Positions 1 to 7,403 of a stretch of 18,119 bases of DNA are shown here, in pieces. The position numbers and the translations under genes are program-made. Each line of letters starts with the position of its first letter. Position 1 is the first letter of the stretch. The notes under the pieces are model-generated. The model worked only from the letters and a program-made list of their open reading frames with translations, was not told the DNA's origin and did no database searches. The DNA lies in assembly GCA_003559395.1 (NCBI GenBank), contig PWLL01000029.1, positions 1 through 18,119 on the forward strand, given 5' to 3'. The DNA is from Candidatus Iainarchaeum sp. GTDB lineage: Archaea > Iainarchaeota > Iainarchaeia > Iainarchaeales > CSSED10-239.

Positions 1-44
1 AAAAAACAAACGAAATAACAGAACAAGCCAAAAACCCATAAATT

Positions 45-758
45 TCAAAGATTTAATTTGTAGCCGTTCTTTTTTAACCATTCTTTTTTATCTTTATAGT
101 CAGGCATAACTTTTTCTACAACTTGCCAAAAAGCCTTAGAATGATTTGGTTCTTTTAAATGTGCAAGCTCGTGCACACACACATAATCTAAAACATCATC
201 TGGCGCCAACAACAATTTTGTTGAAATGTTGATGTTTTTTTTTGTTGAACAACTACCCCACCTACTTTTTTGATTCTTAAAGGAGATTTTATTGATTTTT
301 TCTTGAAAATATTTTTTATTTAAAGCGTATATTTTCTTTTTTAATTGTGGTGTTTGTTCTTTTGCAAGCAAAGCATTTATTATTTTTGAAATTTGAGTTT
401 GTTTTTTTTGAAAACACAAGTTAGAAGAGATGGTTAAAAAAATTTGATTGTTTTTTAAAACGCCGTTACAGGCTTTATTATTTTTTTCAAAAACAACAAT
501 TTCGTAAATTTTATTAGGCAAAACAATTTTATCGCCAGACAAATAAATTTTTTTATTTTTTAAAGGCTTTTCTTGAAGTTTTTTAGAAATCCATTTTTTC
601 ATCTTTAAAAGTTGTTTTGTTTTTTCTTTTTGACTTAGACGAGTAGGCATCTTTATTTGTATTTCGTCTTTTATAGTACAAGTTATTGTTTTTCTTTTCT
701 CAAAACTTATATTTATAAGATGTTTTTCGCCATTTACAAACAGATGTTCTTTTAACAT
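45..758 (-). CDS. YgjP/DUF45-family zinc metallohydrolase (M48-like, HExxH)
   Basis: 237-aa ORF. The C-terminal segment YVCVHELAHLKEPNHSKAFW has the HExxH zinc motif followed by the H-x-x-x-FW element typical of DUF45/YgjP proteins. The N-terminal beta-rich part with KKWISKKL fits the family layout. Ends in TGA at 45-47. By-eye recognition only. Confidence 0.7.
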   Translation of the reverse strand: MLKEHLFVNGEKHLINISFEKRKTITCTIKDEIQIKMPTRLSQKEKTKQLLKMKKWISKKLQEKPLKNKKIYLSGDKIVLPNKIYEIVVFEKNNKACNGVLKNNQIFLTISSNLCFQKKQTQISKIINALLAKEQTPQLKKKIYALNKKYFQEKINKISFKNQKSRWGSCSTKKNINISTKLLLAPDDVLDYVCVHELAHLKEPNHSKAFWQVVEKVMPDYKDKKEWLKKNGYKLNL

Positions 759-785
759 ACTTAAAAAATTTATTTTATAAAAAAT

Positions 786-1421
786 TTAGAGGGCATCTCT
801 TTTTTTCTTAACAAGTTCTTTAAATGAAGCCAATTTTTCTTGTTTTTCAACATAATTTCTTAAAATTGCAGAATAGTTTTTTTTTAAAACTTCCCATTCA
901 TTTTCAAAAGAAGCAAACATTGCTTTTTCAGAAGCACTATATCTTTTTTGACTTGTAAAGATAGAAACATCTGTTGTAATCCCAAAAATTTTTTGTTGAA
1001 TTTCTTTTATTCTTTCTTTAAGAAGCTCTTGCATTTCAGACAAATGATGTTCTTTTTCAAATTTTACAATCTCATGTGATAATTGATTAAGGAGTTGTTT
1101 TTTTTCTTTATTTGACGATATTTTGTTACGACTTATGTTTGCGAGTTTTTCTGCAAAAATAGTGATTATACCTGGTGGTATTTTTTGACCAAACTTTTGC
1201 ATAAATTCAGGAACGCCTGTTGGTTTTTTCTTAGGTGTAAAAACTAAAGCATCGCCAAAACGCTTAAATTTATCTAAAAATAAACAATACTCTTTTTCTC
1301 TGTGTGTTTTTGGGTCACCATATTTTTTTTTTAATGTTGTATGTTCTTTAGTTACAAAAGGTCTAATTTTTGGTTTTATCTTATTTTTGGTTTTATTTTT
1401 ATAAAATGGTTTTCTAAACAT
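786..1421 (-). CDS. hypothetical Lys/Glu-rich protein, probable coiled-coil C-terminal half
   Basis: The ORF track gives 786..1577, but its first 52 codons (MVFFFYFIYICC...) look like read-through of the AT-rich divergent promoter. The ATG at 1419-1421 (MFRKPFYKNK...) is the first plausible start. No family recognised. Confidence 0.4.
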   Translation of the reverse strand: MFRKPFYKNKTKNKIKPKIRPFVTKEHTTLKKKYGDPKTHREKEYCLFLDKFKRFGDALVFTPKKKPTGVPEFMQKFGQKIPPGIITIFAEKLANISRNKISSNKEKKQLLNQLSHEIVKFEKEHHLSEMQELLKERIKEIQQKIFGITTDVSIFTSQKRYSASEKAMFASFENEWEVLKKNYSAILRNYVEKQEKLASFKELVKKKRDAL

Positions 1422-1575
1422 AATCTTCACATATATTATTAAATATAGAAAGAAATAAAAAGACAATACACAATAAAAACACTTTTGTTTTGTTTTATTT
1501 GTTGGACGAGTGAAAAAACACTTATTTTTATTTTTTTCTATACAACAAATATATATAAAATAAAAAAAGAAAACC

Positions 1576-1875
1576 ATGATTGATGTAAACGCAACAACCT
1601 CTGCAATTTCAGAAAAAGCAACAGAAGCAACAAATATTTTTTTTAACCCTACTTTCTTAATTTTAGGTGTTGTTTTTATAATTACTGCAATAGTTGTACT
1701 TTATTTTTTAAAAAACATTTTATTAAACAGTATTATTGGGGTTTTTGGTTTTCTTATATGTTATTTTATTTTTGGAATAAAACTGCCTTTCTTTATAACT
1801 TTGCTTGTAAGTGCGGTCTTTGGGATTGGTGGGCTTGGTACAATAATAATTCTTAAGTTTTTTGGATTGATTTAA
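1576..1875 (+). CDS. small integral membrane protein, BofA-family-like
   Basis: 99 aa with about three hydrophobic helices. The C-terminal half GIKLPFFITLLVSAVFGIGGLGTIIILKFF resembles the GI-x-V-P ... G-I-x-G-I-x-G ... K-x-F core of Bacillus BofA as I remember it. By-eye only. Confidence 0.5.
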   Translation: MIDVNATTSAISEKATEATNIFFNPTFLILGVVFIITAIVVLYFLKNILLNSIIGVFGFLICYFIFGIKLPFFITLLVSAVFGIGGLGTIIILKFFGLI

Positions 1876-1892
1876 TAAAGAGGGGAAAAATT

Positions 1893-2093
1893 ATGAACCT
1901 GAATTTTTTAATAATCTTGTTAATTGTTTTATTAACATTTACAATGGGGGTTACAACAACTACAGACACACAACCAACTTGTGGTGTAACTGATGATGGT
2001 GGTTGCTGTTGCGATAGGTATTGTGAAGACTTCTCCGTATGGTGTTGCCCAGTAGCACATATCCCAAATGACAGCAAGATGGTTGCTAAATAG
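1893..2093 (+). CDS. small Cys-rich peptide with N-terminal signal/anchor helix
   Basis: 66 aa. AGAGGGGA (1879-1886) lies 6 nt upstream of the ATG at 1893. The peptide has a hydrophobic N-terminus (MNLNFLIILLIVLLTFTMG), a Thr-rich linker (VTTTTDT), then 7 Cys within 23 residues (C-x7-CCC-x3-C-x6-CC). The coding part is visibly more GC-rich than its flanks. The 74-aa ORF on the opposite strand (1853..2077) is judged a shadow. Confidence 0.5.
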   Translation: MNLNFLIILLIVLLTFTMGVTTTTDTQPTCGVTDDGGCCCDRYCEDFSVWCCPVAHIPNDSKMVAK

Positions 2094-2101
2094 ATTTATT
2101 T

Positions 2102-3394
2102 ATGATTGATTATAAAAAATATAATCTAGACTTACACTATCATTCTCCATATGCTGGTGGGTGTTCTAAAAACATAACTATACCATTACTAGCAAAAGAA
2201 GCAAAGATAAAAGGACTAAATATCCTAACAACTGCAGATCTTTTTAACGAAGCTTGGAGAAAACATGTTAAAGAACATTTAAAATATGATCAAAAAGAAG
2301 ATATATATTATTTTAAAGATAACGAAAAGAAAAAAGAAAAAACATATTTTGTTCTAGGTTGTGAAGTTGAGTGTAAAAAAAGAGTGCATAATCTTATTTA
2401 TTTTAAAAACTTTGATGTTTTTGATGATTATTTTAAGAAGCTAGATAACAACATAATAGGCCTTGACACATATGGCTCAGGAAGGCCAAGGTTGCGTTTT
2501 AATTGTAAAGAGTTTTTAGATTTTTCTTTAGATTTTAATGTTTTAATAGGTCCTGCGCATGCGTTTACTCCATACTTTGGAGTTTATGCGCATTATGATT
2601 CTTTAAAAGAAGCATATGGAGAAAACTATAAACAAATAAAGTTTTTAGAGCTTGGGTTGTCAGCAGACACACATCTTGCAAACCTTATACCTGAGCTAGA
2701 AAAAATCACATTTTTATCCTTCTCAGACGCACATTCTGCATATAGCTACAGAGTAGGAAGAGAGTATGTTTGTTGTGATTTAGAAAAACCAAACTATAAT
2801 TCAATTAAAGATATGTTATATAAAAGAAAAGGAAAAATAGAATATAATGTAGGCTACAATCCACAAGAAGGAAAATATCACAGAACTGCTTGTCGTAGTT
2901 GTGGCCAAATTTATTCTTTATCTCAGGCTGTAAATAATAAATATAGATGTACGTTGTGTAACGACATTATTAAAAAAGGAGTAAAAGAAAAAGCACACGA
3001 AATTGCAGAAAAACAAGGAAATAAAGAACACCAACAAATCACCAATAGACCACCCTACAAACACCTTGTTCCTTTAGCAGAAATTATTCAAATACATTTA
3101 AATAAAAAACAAATAAATCATAGAAATGTTTTAGAAAAATATAATTTGTTTGTTTCTAAATATAAAGAAATTGATGTTATGTTTAATATACCTTATAAAG
3201 ATCTAGAAAAAATAGATGCAGAAATTACAAAATATGTTAGAGCTTTTAGAGAAGGGTTTGTTGTTTTTTATCCTGGTGGGGCTGGAAAACAAGGAAAACC
3301 AATAATTTGCTTTAGTAAAGAAGAAAAACAAAAAATGCAAGAAAAAATAAATAAAGAAATAAAGTTAAAGACTATACAAAAAAAATTATTTTAA
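2102..3394 (+). CDS. endonuclease Q (PHP-domain nuclease with zinc ribbon)
   Basis: 430 aa, collinear with archaeal EndoQ as I recall it. Motifs seen: LDLHYHSPY (PHP metal site), GCEVECKKRVHNLIYF, VLIGPAHAFTPY, FLELGLSADT, SFSDAHS, GKYHRTACRSCG...RCTLCNDIIKKGV (Cys4 ribbon) and NRPPYKHLVPLAEII. Confidence 0.82.
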   Translation: MIDYKKYNLDLHYHSPYAGGCSKNITIPLLAKEAKIKGLNILTTADLFNEAWRKHVKEHLKYDQKEDIYYFKDNEKKKEKTYFVLGCEVECKKRVHNLIYFKNFDVFDDYFKKLDNNIIGLDTYGSGRPRLRFNCKEFLDFSLDFNVLIGPAHAFTPYFGVYAHYDSLKEAYGENYKQIKFLELGLSADTHLANLIPELEKITFLSFSDAHSAYSYRVGREYVCCDLEKPNYNSIKDMLYKRKGKIEYNVGYNPQEGKYHRTACRSCGQIYSLSQAVNNKYRCTLCNDIIKKGVKEKAHEIAEKQGNKEHQQITNRPPYKHLVPLAEIIQIHLNKKQINHRNVLEKYNLFVSKYKEIDVMFNIPYKDLEKIDAEITKYVRAFREGFVVFYPGGAGKQGKPIICFSKEEKQKMQEKINKEIKLKTIQKKLF

Positions 3395-3399
3395 AAAAA

Positions 3400-4038
3400 T
3401 CAAAAGATTTTATTTAGTGCTTCAACATCTAGTTTTTTTATATCGGTTATATGAAGATCACAAGGACATTTGTCTGGTATTTTAGTCATAACACCAACAG
3501 CCTTCATTTTTGCTCTTTTTGCAGCTTTTAAACCTGCAAAGGCGTCTTCAACAACTATACAGTCTTCTGGTTGAGCCATCATTCTTTTTGCAGCCAATAA
3601 AAAAACATCTGGGTTTGGTTTTCCTTTTTTTACTTGGTCACCTGTAATAATTACTTCAAAGAAAGAACGCAATCTAGAGTTGTTTAATATCGCATGAACA
3701 AACTGTTTGTTAGAAGAGGAAGCAATGGCCAATCTAAAACCATTATCTTTTAACTTAATAATAAGTTGGTTTATTCCTGGAAAAGGCTTTATACTTGTTG
3801 CTTTTTTCTTTAAAATTGTCCAGTATTCTTCTGTTAAACGTCTTACTTCTTCTTCAGAAATTTTTTTGTTATTTTGTTTAGCTAGCGTTTTTATAATTTC
3901 GTTTACTTTTACGCCTTTAAAGTCTTTTAGGTTTTCTGAATATATTTTATGTTTTTTTAAAAATTGGGTTTGTATCTTTATATGTAGTTTAACGGTATCT
4001 ACAACAACACCATCAAAATCAAAAATAATAGCTTTCAT
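3400..4038 (-). CDS. HAD-IA superfamily hydrolase (beta-phosphoglucomutase/phosphatase-like)
   Basis: 212 aa. HAD motif I is IIFDFDGVVVDT, motif II is AIASSS, and motif III/IV is KGKPNPDVF ... VVEDAFAGLKAAKRAKM. GGAG lies about 10 nt upstream of the ATG. Confidence 0.8.
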   Translation of the reverse strand: MKAIIFDFDGVVVDTVKLHIKIQTQFLKKHKIYSENLKDFKGVKVNEIIKTLAKQNNKKISEEEVRRLTEEYWTILKKKATSIKPFPGINQLIIKLKDNGFRLAIASSSNKQFVHAILNNSRLRSFFEVIITGDQVKKGKPNPDVFLLAAKRMMAQPEDCIVVEDAFAGLKAAKRAKMKAVGVMTKIPDKCPCDLHITDIKKLDVEALNKIF

Positions 4039-4103
4039 TTTATTTTTCTCCTTATATGATATATACTATAAATAAATAATAGTAACAAAGTGTATAAATA
4101 TCC

Positions 4104-5474
4104 TTACCCTGTTATAACAATTCTTGGTTTTAAAGAAACAACTTTTTTTACAAGCTTTGCATTAACTAAAGAATCAACAACGTCTTCTGAAGGTTTATAT
4201 GCTAAAGGAGTTTCTTCTCTCATAACGTTTTCTGATCTTCCAGATAAAATAATATTGTCTTTTTGCATGTTTTCTTTAAGTTCGGCAATAGTTGATTGTG
4301 ATTTTGCTTTTTTTCTGGACATTTGTCTTCCAGACCCGTGTGCGACTGTGTTGAAGGTTTCTTTTAGATTTTCTTTAGAACCAGGTAAAAGAACGTGCGT
4401 TTTGTGTTGCATTGACCCTGGCAAAATCACAGGAACACCAGCCTCTTTATATTGACTTTTATTATCTTCTGCGTCTTTTGTGTACACTCTAGTGGCACCT
4501 TTTCTGTGCACGATTAGTTTTTTAGAGTGTTTTTCTACTTTTGCTATGTTGTGACAAAGATCATATAACAAATCAAAGGAAACATCTTTATTAACGTCTG
4601 CTAACGTTTTTTTTAATGTGTCTTCTATTGCACGATTAAGAACAGTTCTATTTACAAAAGCAAAATTTGCAGCAGCCAACATAGATTGGTAATATTCTTG
4701 ACCAAGCTTGGAATGAAAAGGTTCGTAAGAGATTGGTGTTTTATTAGTAAACTTGTTTGTAAAATCTGTAGCCACTTGGTGACCAAATCCTCTTGAGCCT
4801 GTGTGTAACAATATACAATATTGGTCTTTAAACAAACCTAACGCCCTAGCTTGTTTTTCATCAAAAACATCTGAAACAAGCAACAAGTCTATAAAATGGT
4901 TTCCTTGACCTAGCGTACCAATTTGTTGAAGCCCTCTTTTTTTTGCTTGTTTTGAAAGAAAGTCTATTGATGCGTCTTTATAACTTCCTTGGTCATCTAT
5001 TTTTTTCTTAGAATTTTTAGCACCAAGGTTGTTTTTTATTGCCCAATCAACACCGGTTAATAAAAGGTCTTCAAAATCTGCATTCGTTATTTTAAGACCA
5101 TCGTGGGATAGTCCTAATGGTAAATTTTCTAGAGCTTTTGTTATTTTTTTAAGATGTTCTATAGATAAGTCGTTTTTATAAAGATTAGTTTTTATTAGTC
5201 TTACTCCACAATTAATATCAAAACCAACAGCTTCAGAACTTATTATGCCTGTATCATAATCTGTTGCAAAACAACAACCAATAGGCACACCAAACCCAAC
5301 ATGCATGTCTGGCAAACCAATTACTTTTTTATAAACAGAGTCTATTTGTGTTATTGATAACAATTGATCAACGGCTGATTGTTCTATGTTGTTGAATATT
5401 TTTTTGTTTGCGATAAGGTTTACATCTTTGTTGTTTTTTCTACAAGAAAAAGAGTTTTTGTTTTCTTCAAACAT
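4104..5474 (-). CDS. rtcB: RNA-splicing ligase RtcB
   Basis: 456 aa. Motifs seen: GLPDMHVGFGVPIG, GFDINCGVR (metal Cys), GQGNHFIDL, HTGSRGFGHQV, HNIAKVE, HRKGATR, PGSM and AHGSGR (guanylylated His). All are RtcB hallmarks. Confidence 0.93.
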   Translation of the reverse strand: MFEENKNSFSCRKNNKDVNLIANKKIFNNIEQSAVDQLLSITQIDSVYKKVIGLPDMHVGFGVPIGCCFATDYDTGIISSEAVGFDINCGVRLIKTNLYKNDLSIEHLKKITKALENLPLGLSHDGLKITNADFEDLLLTGVDWAIKNNLGAKNSKKKIDDQGSYKDASIDFLSKQAKKRGLQQIGTLGQGNHFIDLLLVSDVFDEKQARALGLFKDQYCILLHTGSRGFGHQVATDFTNKFTNKTPISYEPFHSKLGQEYYQSMLAAANFAFVNRTVLNRAIEDTLKKTLADVNKDVSFDLLYDLCHNIAKVEKHSKKLIVHRKGATRVYTKDAEDNKSQYKEAGVPVILPGSMQHKTHVLLPGSKENLKETFNTVAHGSGRQMSRKKAKSQSTIAELKENMQKDNIILSGRSENVMREETPLAYKPSEDVVDSLVNAKLVKKVVSLKPRIVITG

Positions 5475-5516
5475 ATATAAAAAAATTTAAAAAGAACATT
5501 AATGATAGTCGTTAAA

Positions 5517-5825
5517 CTATGCATTAAGTTCTAAACTTATTTGTACGTCTGTTGGTACATCAACGCGCATGATTCTTCTAAGTATTTTATCATCTGCGTT
5601 TATATCTATTATTCTTTTATGTATTCTTAACTGAAATTTTTCATAAGTTTCTGTACCGCCGCCAGAAGCGCCTCGTCTAACAGGTACAACCAACTTTTTT
5701 GTTTTTAGAGGAATGATGCCTGAATGTTTGGCACCACTCTTTTTTGCAATATCTATTACATCGTCACAAAATTCTGTTAGTTTTTTATAATCTGTTCCAG
5801 TTATGATAACTCTTGCTGTTTGCAT
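5517..5825 (-). CDS. rps10: 30S ribosomal protein uS10
   Basis: 102 aa. ARVIITGTDYKKL...IPLKTKKLVVPVRRGASGGGTETYEKFQLRIHKRIIDI is archaeal S10. It sits directly after EF-1alpha, as at the end of the archaeal str cluster. GAGGA lies upstream of the ATG. Confidence 0.93.
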   Translation of the reverse strand: MQTARVIITGTDYKKLTEFCDDVIDIAKKSGAKHSGIIPLKTKKLVVPVRRGASGGGTETYEKFQLRIHKRIIDINADDKILRRIMRVDVPTDVQISLELNA

Positions 5826-5840
5826 AGTATTTCCTCTAAT

Positions 5841-7103
5841 TTACTTTTGTCTTGGTTTTATTTCTGTAACAACACCTGCAGCAACAGTTTTGCCCATATC
5901 TCTTATTGCAAATCTTCCAAGTTGTGGAAAATCTTTGTATGTTTCTACACAAAGTGGAGATAGTGGTTTTATTTTTACTATAGCTGCATCTCCTGTTTTT
6001 AAGAATTTTGGATTATCTTCTTGTGTTGGTGCAGTTTTTTTAATTATTTCTGTAACACTACAAGAAATTTGTGCTGTGTGCAAATGGAAAACAGGTGTAT
6101 ATCCAGGAGTTATTGCTGTAGGATGATTAAGCACAACAATTTGAGCAGTAAATTCTTCTGCAACGGTTGGTGCGTTATCTATTGGGCCTATAACAGATCC
6201 TCTTTTGATATCTCCTTTTCCAATTTTTCTAAGATTAAAACCAATGTTGTCACCAGGTCCAGCTGAAGCTAATTGTTCATGGTGTGCTTCAATGGATTTT
6301 ATGTCTGTTGGTATGTTTTGTGGCATAATAACGACTTTGTCGTTTGGTCTTAATATTCCAGTTTCTACTCTTCCAACAGGAACAGTACCCACACCTTTAA
6401 TATTATAAACATCTTGAACTGGCAGTCTTAGTGCTTTATCGGTTGGTATTTCAGTTGCTTTAAAAGTATCCAAGTGTTCTAACAATGTTGGTCCACTATA
6501 CCAAGGCATGTTTTCTGATTTTTTAACAATGTTGTCTCCATTCCATGCAGATGTTGGAATAACAGTGATTTGTTCTTTTTTGTATCCTGTTCTTGTAAGT
6601 AAAGCAGTAACTTCTTCACTTACTTCTTTAAATCTCTCTTCTTTATAGTCTACAACATCCATCAGGTTTACAGAAACAATTAATTGTCTAATTCCCATTA
6701 CTTGTGCAAGGAAGGCGTGTTCTTTTGTTTGTGCTTTAACTCCATCTTTTGCATTACAAACAAGTACGGCTGCGTCAGATTGTGCAGCACCTGTAATCAT
6801 ATTTTTTATATAGTCGGAGTGTCCTGGAGCATCAATTATTGTAAAATAGTTTTTTTGTGTTTCTAATTTTTTATAGTTTACATCGATTGTAACTCCTCTT
6901 TCTCTTTCTTCTTTAGTAACGTCCATCATGTATGCAAAAGCAAAAGTACCTTTTCCTTTCTCTTCTGCAATAGCTTGTAACTTTCTATAGTCTTGTTCAC
7001 TTAAGTTACCTGAATCGTACATTAAACGACCAACAGTTGTTGATTTTCCGTGATCAATGTGTCCAATAAAAATAACATTGATTTTTGGTTTGTCTGAAGC
7101 CAT
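5841..7103 (-). CDS. tuf: translation elongation factor 1-alpha (aEF1A)
   Basis: 420 aa. G1 is GHIDHGKST, G2 is RGVTID, G3 is DAPGH and G5 is SAW. G4 reads NLMD rather than NKMD. GGAGG (7112-7116 on the plus strand as cctcc) lies 8 nt upstream of the ATG. Confidence 0.95.
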   Translation of the reverse strand: MASDKPKINVIFIGHIDHGKSTTVGRLMYDSGNLSEQDYRKLQAIAEEKGKGTFAFAYMMDVTKEERERGVTIDVNYKKLETQKNYFTIIDAPGHSDYIKNMITGAAQSDAAVLVCNAKDGVKAQTKEHAFLAQVMGIRQLIVSVNLMDVVDYKEERFKEVSEEVTALLTRTGYKKEQITVIPTSAWNGDNIVKKSENMPWYSGPTLLEHLDTFKATEIPTDKALRLPVQDVYNIKGVGTVPVGRVETGILRPNDKVVIMPQNIPTDIKSIEAHHEQLASAGPGDNIGFNLRKIGKGDIKRGSVIGPIDNAPTVAEEFTAQIVVLNHPTAITPGYTPVFHLHTAQISCSVTEIIKKTAPTQEDNPKFLKTGDAAIVKIKPLSPLCVETYKDFPQLGRFAIRDMGKTVAAGVVTEIKPRQK

Positions 7104-7285
7104 TTATAATTCCTCCATATTAGTTTTTATTTTTTTTAAAACCTTTTTATTTTTAAAAATATTTCATAAACACACATAACAGATAAATGTATGCTTATAA
7201 AAAACATTTTAAATAAAGTTATATGCTATAAATAATATAAAGAGACATAAACCTTTTTAAATAGATTATTTCTGTTATCAAAACC

Positions 7286-7328
7286 TTTGTTTTGTTTTAA
7301 ATTTAGATTATTTTTAAAACAAAGCAAA
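7286..7328. promoter_or_regulatory. imperfect inverted repeat in the tuf/cdc48 divergent intergenic region
   Basis: tttgttttgttttaaa (7286-7301) pairs with tttaaaacaaagcaaa (7313-7328) at 15 of 16 positions, with an 11-nt loop. The core 11 bp (7291-7301 / 7313-7323) is perfect. The loop contains tagattattt, which also occurs at 7262-7271. It is AT-rich, so chance is not excluded. Confidence 0.25.
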
Positions 7329-7403
7329 AAAATAAAAAAAAGATTGTTTTTATAAATTTTGTATCTATATTATTCTAGAGAGGAACAAATAAATGTGAAA
7401 AAA

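Noticed and set aside
1422-1577. N-terminal 52-codon extension of ORF 786..1577
   Set aside because: MVFFFYFIYICCIEKNKNKCFF... looks like translated promoter DNA, and it overlaps the start of the divergent gene at 1576. An internal ATG at 1421 gives a sensible start.
1853-2077. 74-aa minus-strand ORF opposite the Cys-rich peptide
   Set aside because: It has no RBS and a low-complexity QQQPP/VVVV composition. The plus-strand ORF has an SD, a signal-like leader and a structured Cys pattern.
3707-4455. Plus-strand ORFs 3707..4075 and 4090..4455 (122 and 121 aa)
   Set aside because: They lie antisense to the well-supported HAD hydrolase and RtcB genes. Their composition is Phe/Leu/Ser/Cys-rich shadow-frame material with no recognisable motifs.
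5803-6866. Plus-strand ORFs 5803..6126, 6021..6266, 6205..6408 and 6684..6866
   Set aside because: All are antisense shadows of EF-1alpha and uS10. They are Cys/Phe-rich nonsense with no RBS.
4104-7103. tuf-rps10-rtcB-HAD co-orientation as a novel functional linkage
   Set aside because: tuf-rps10 is the standard archaeal arrangement. In compact genomes, co-oriented neighbours with 15-65 nt gaps are common, and nothing in the sequence indicates more than operon packing.
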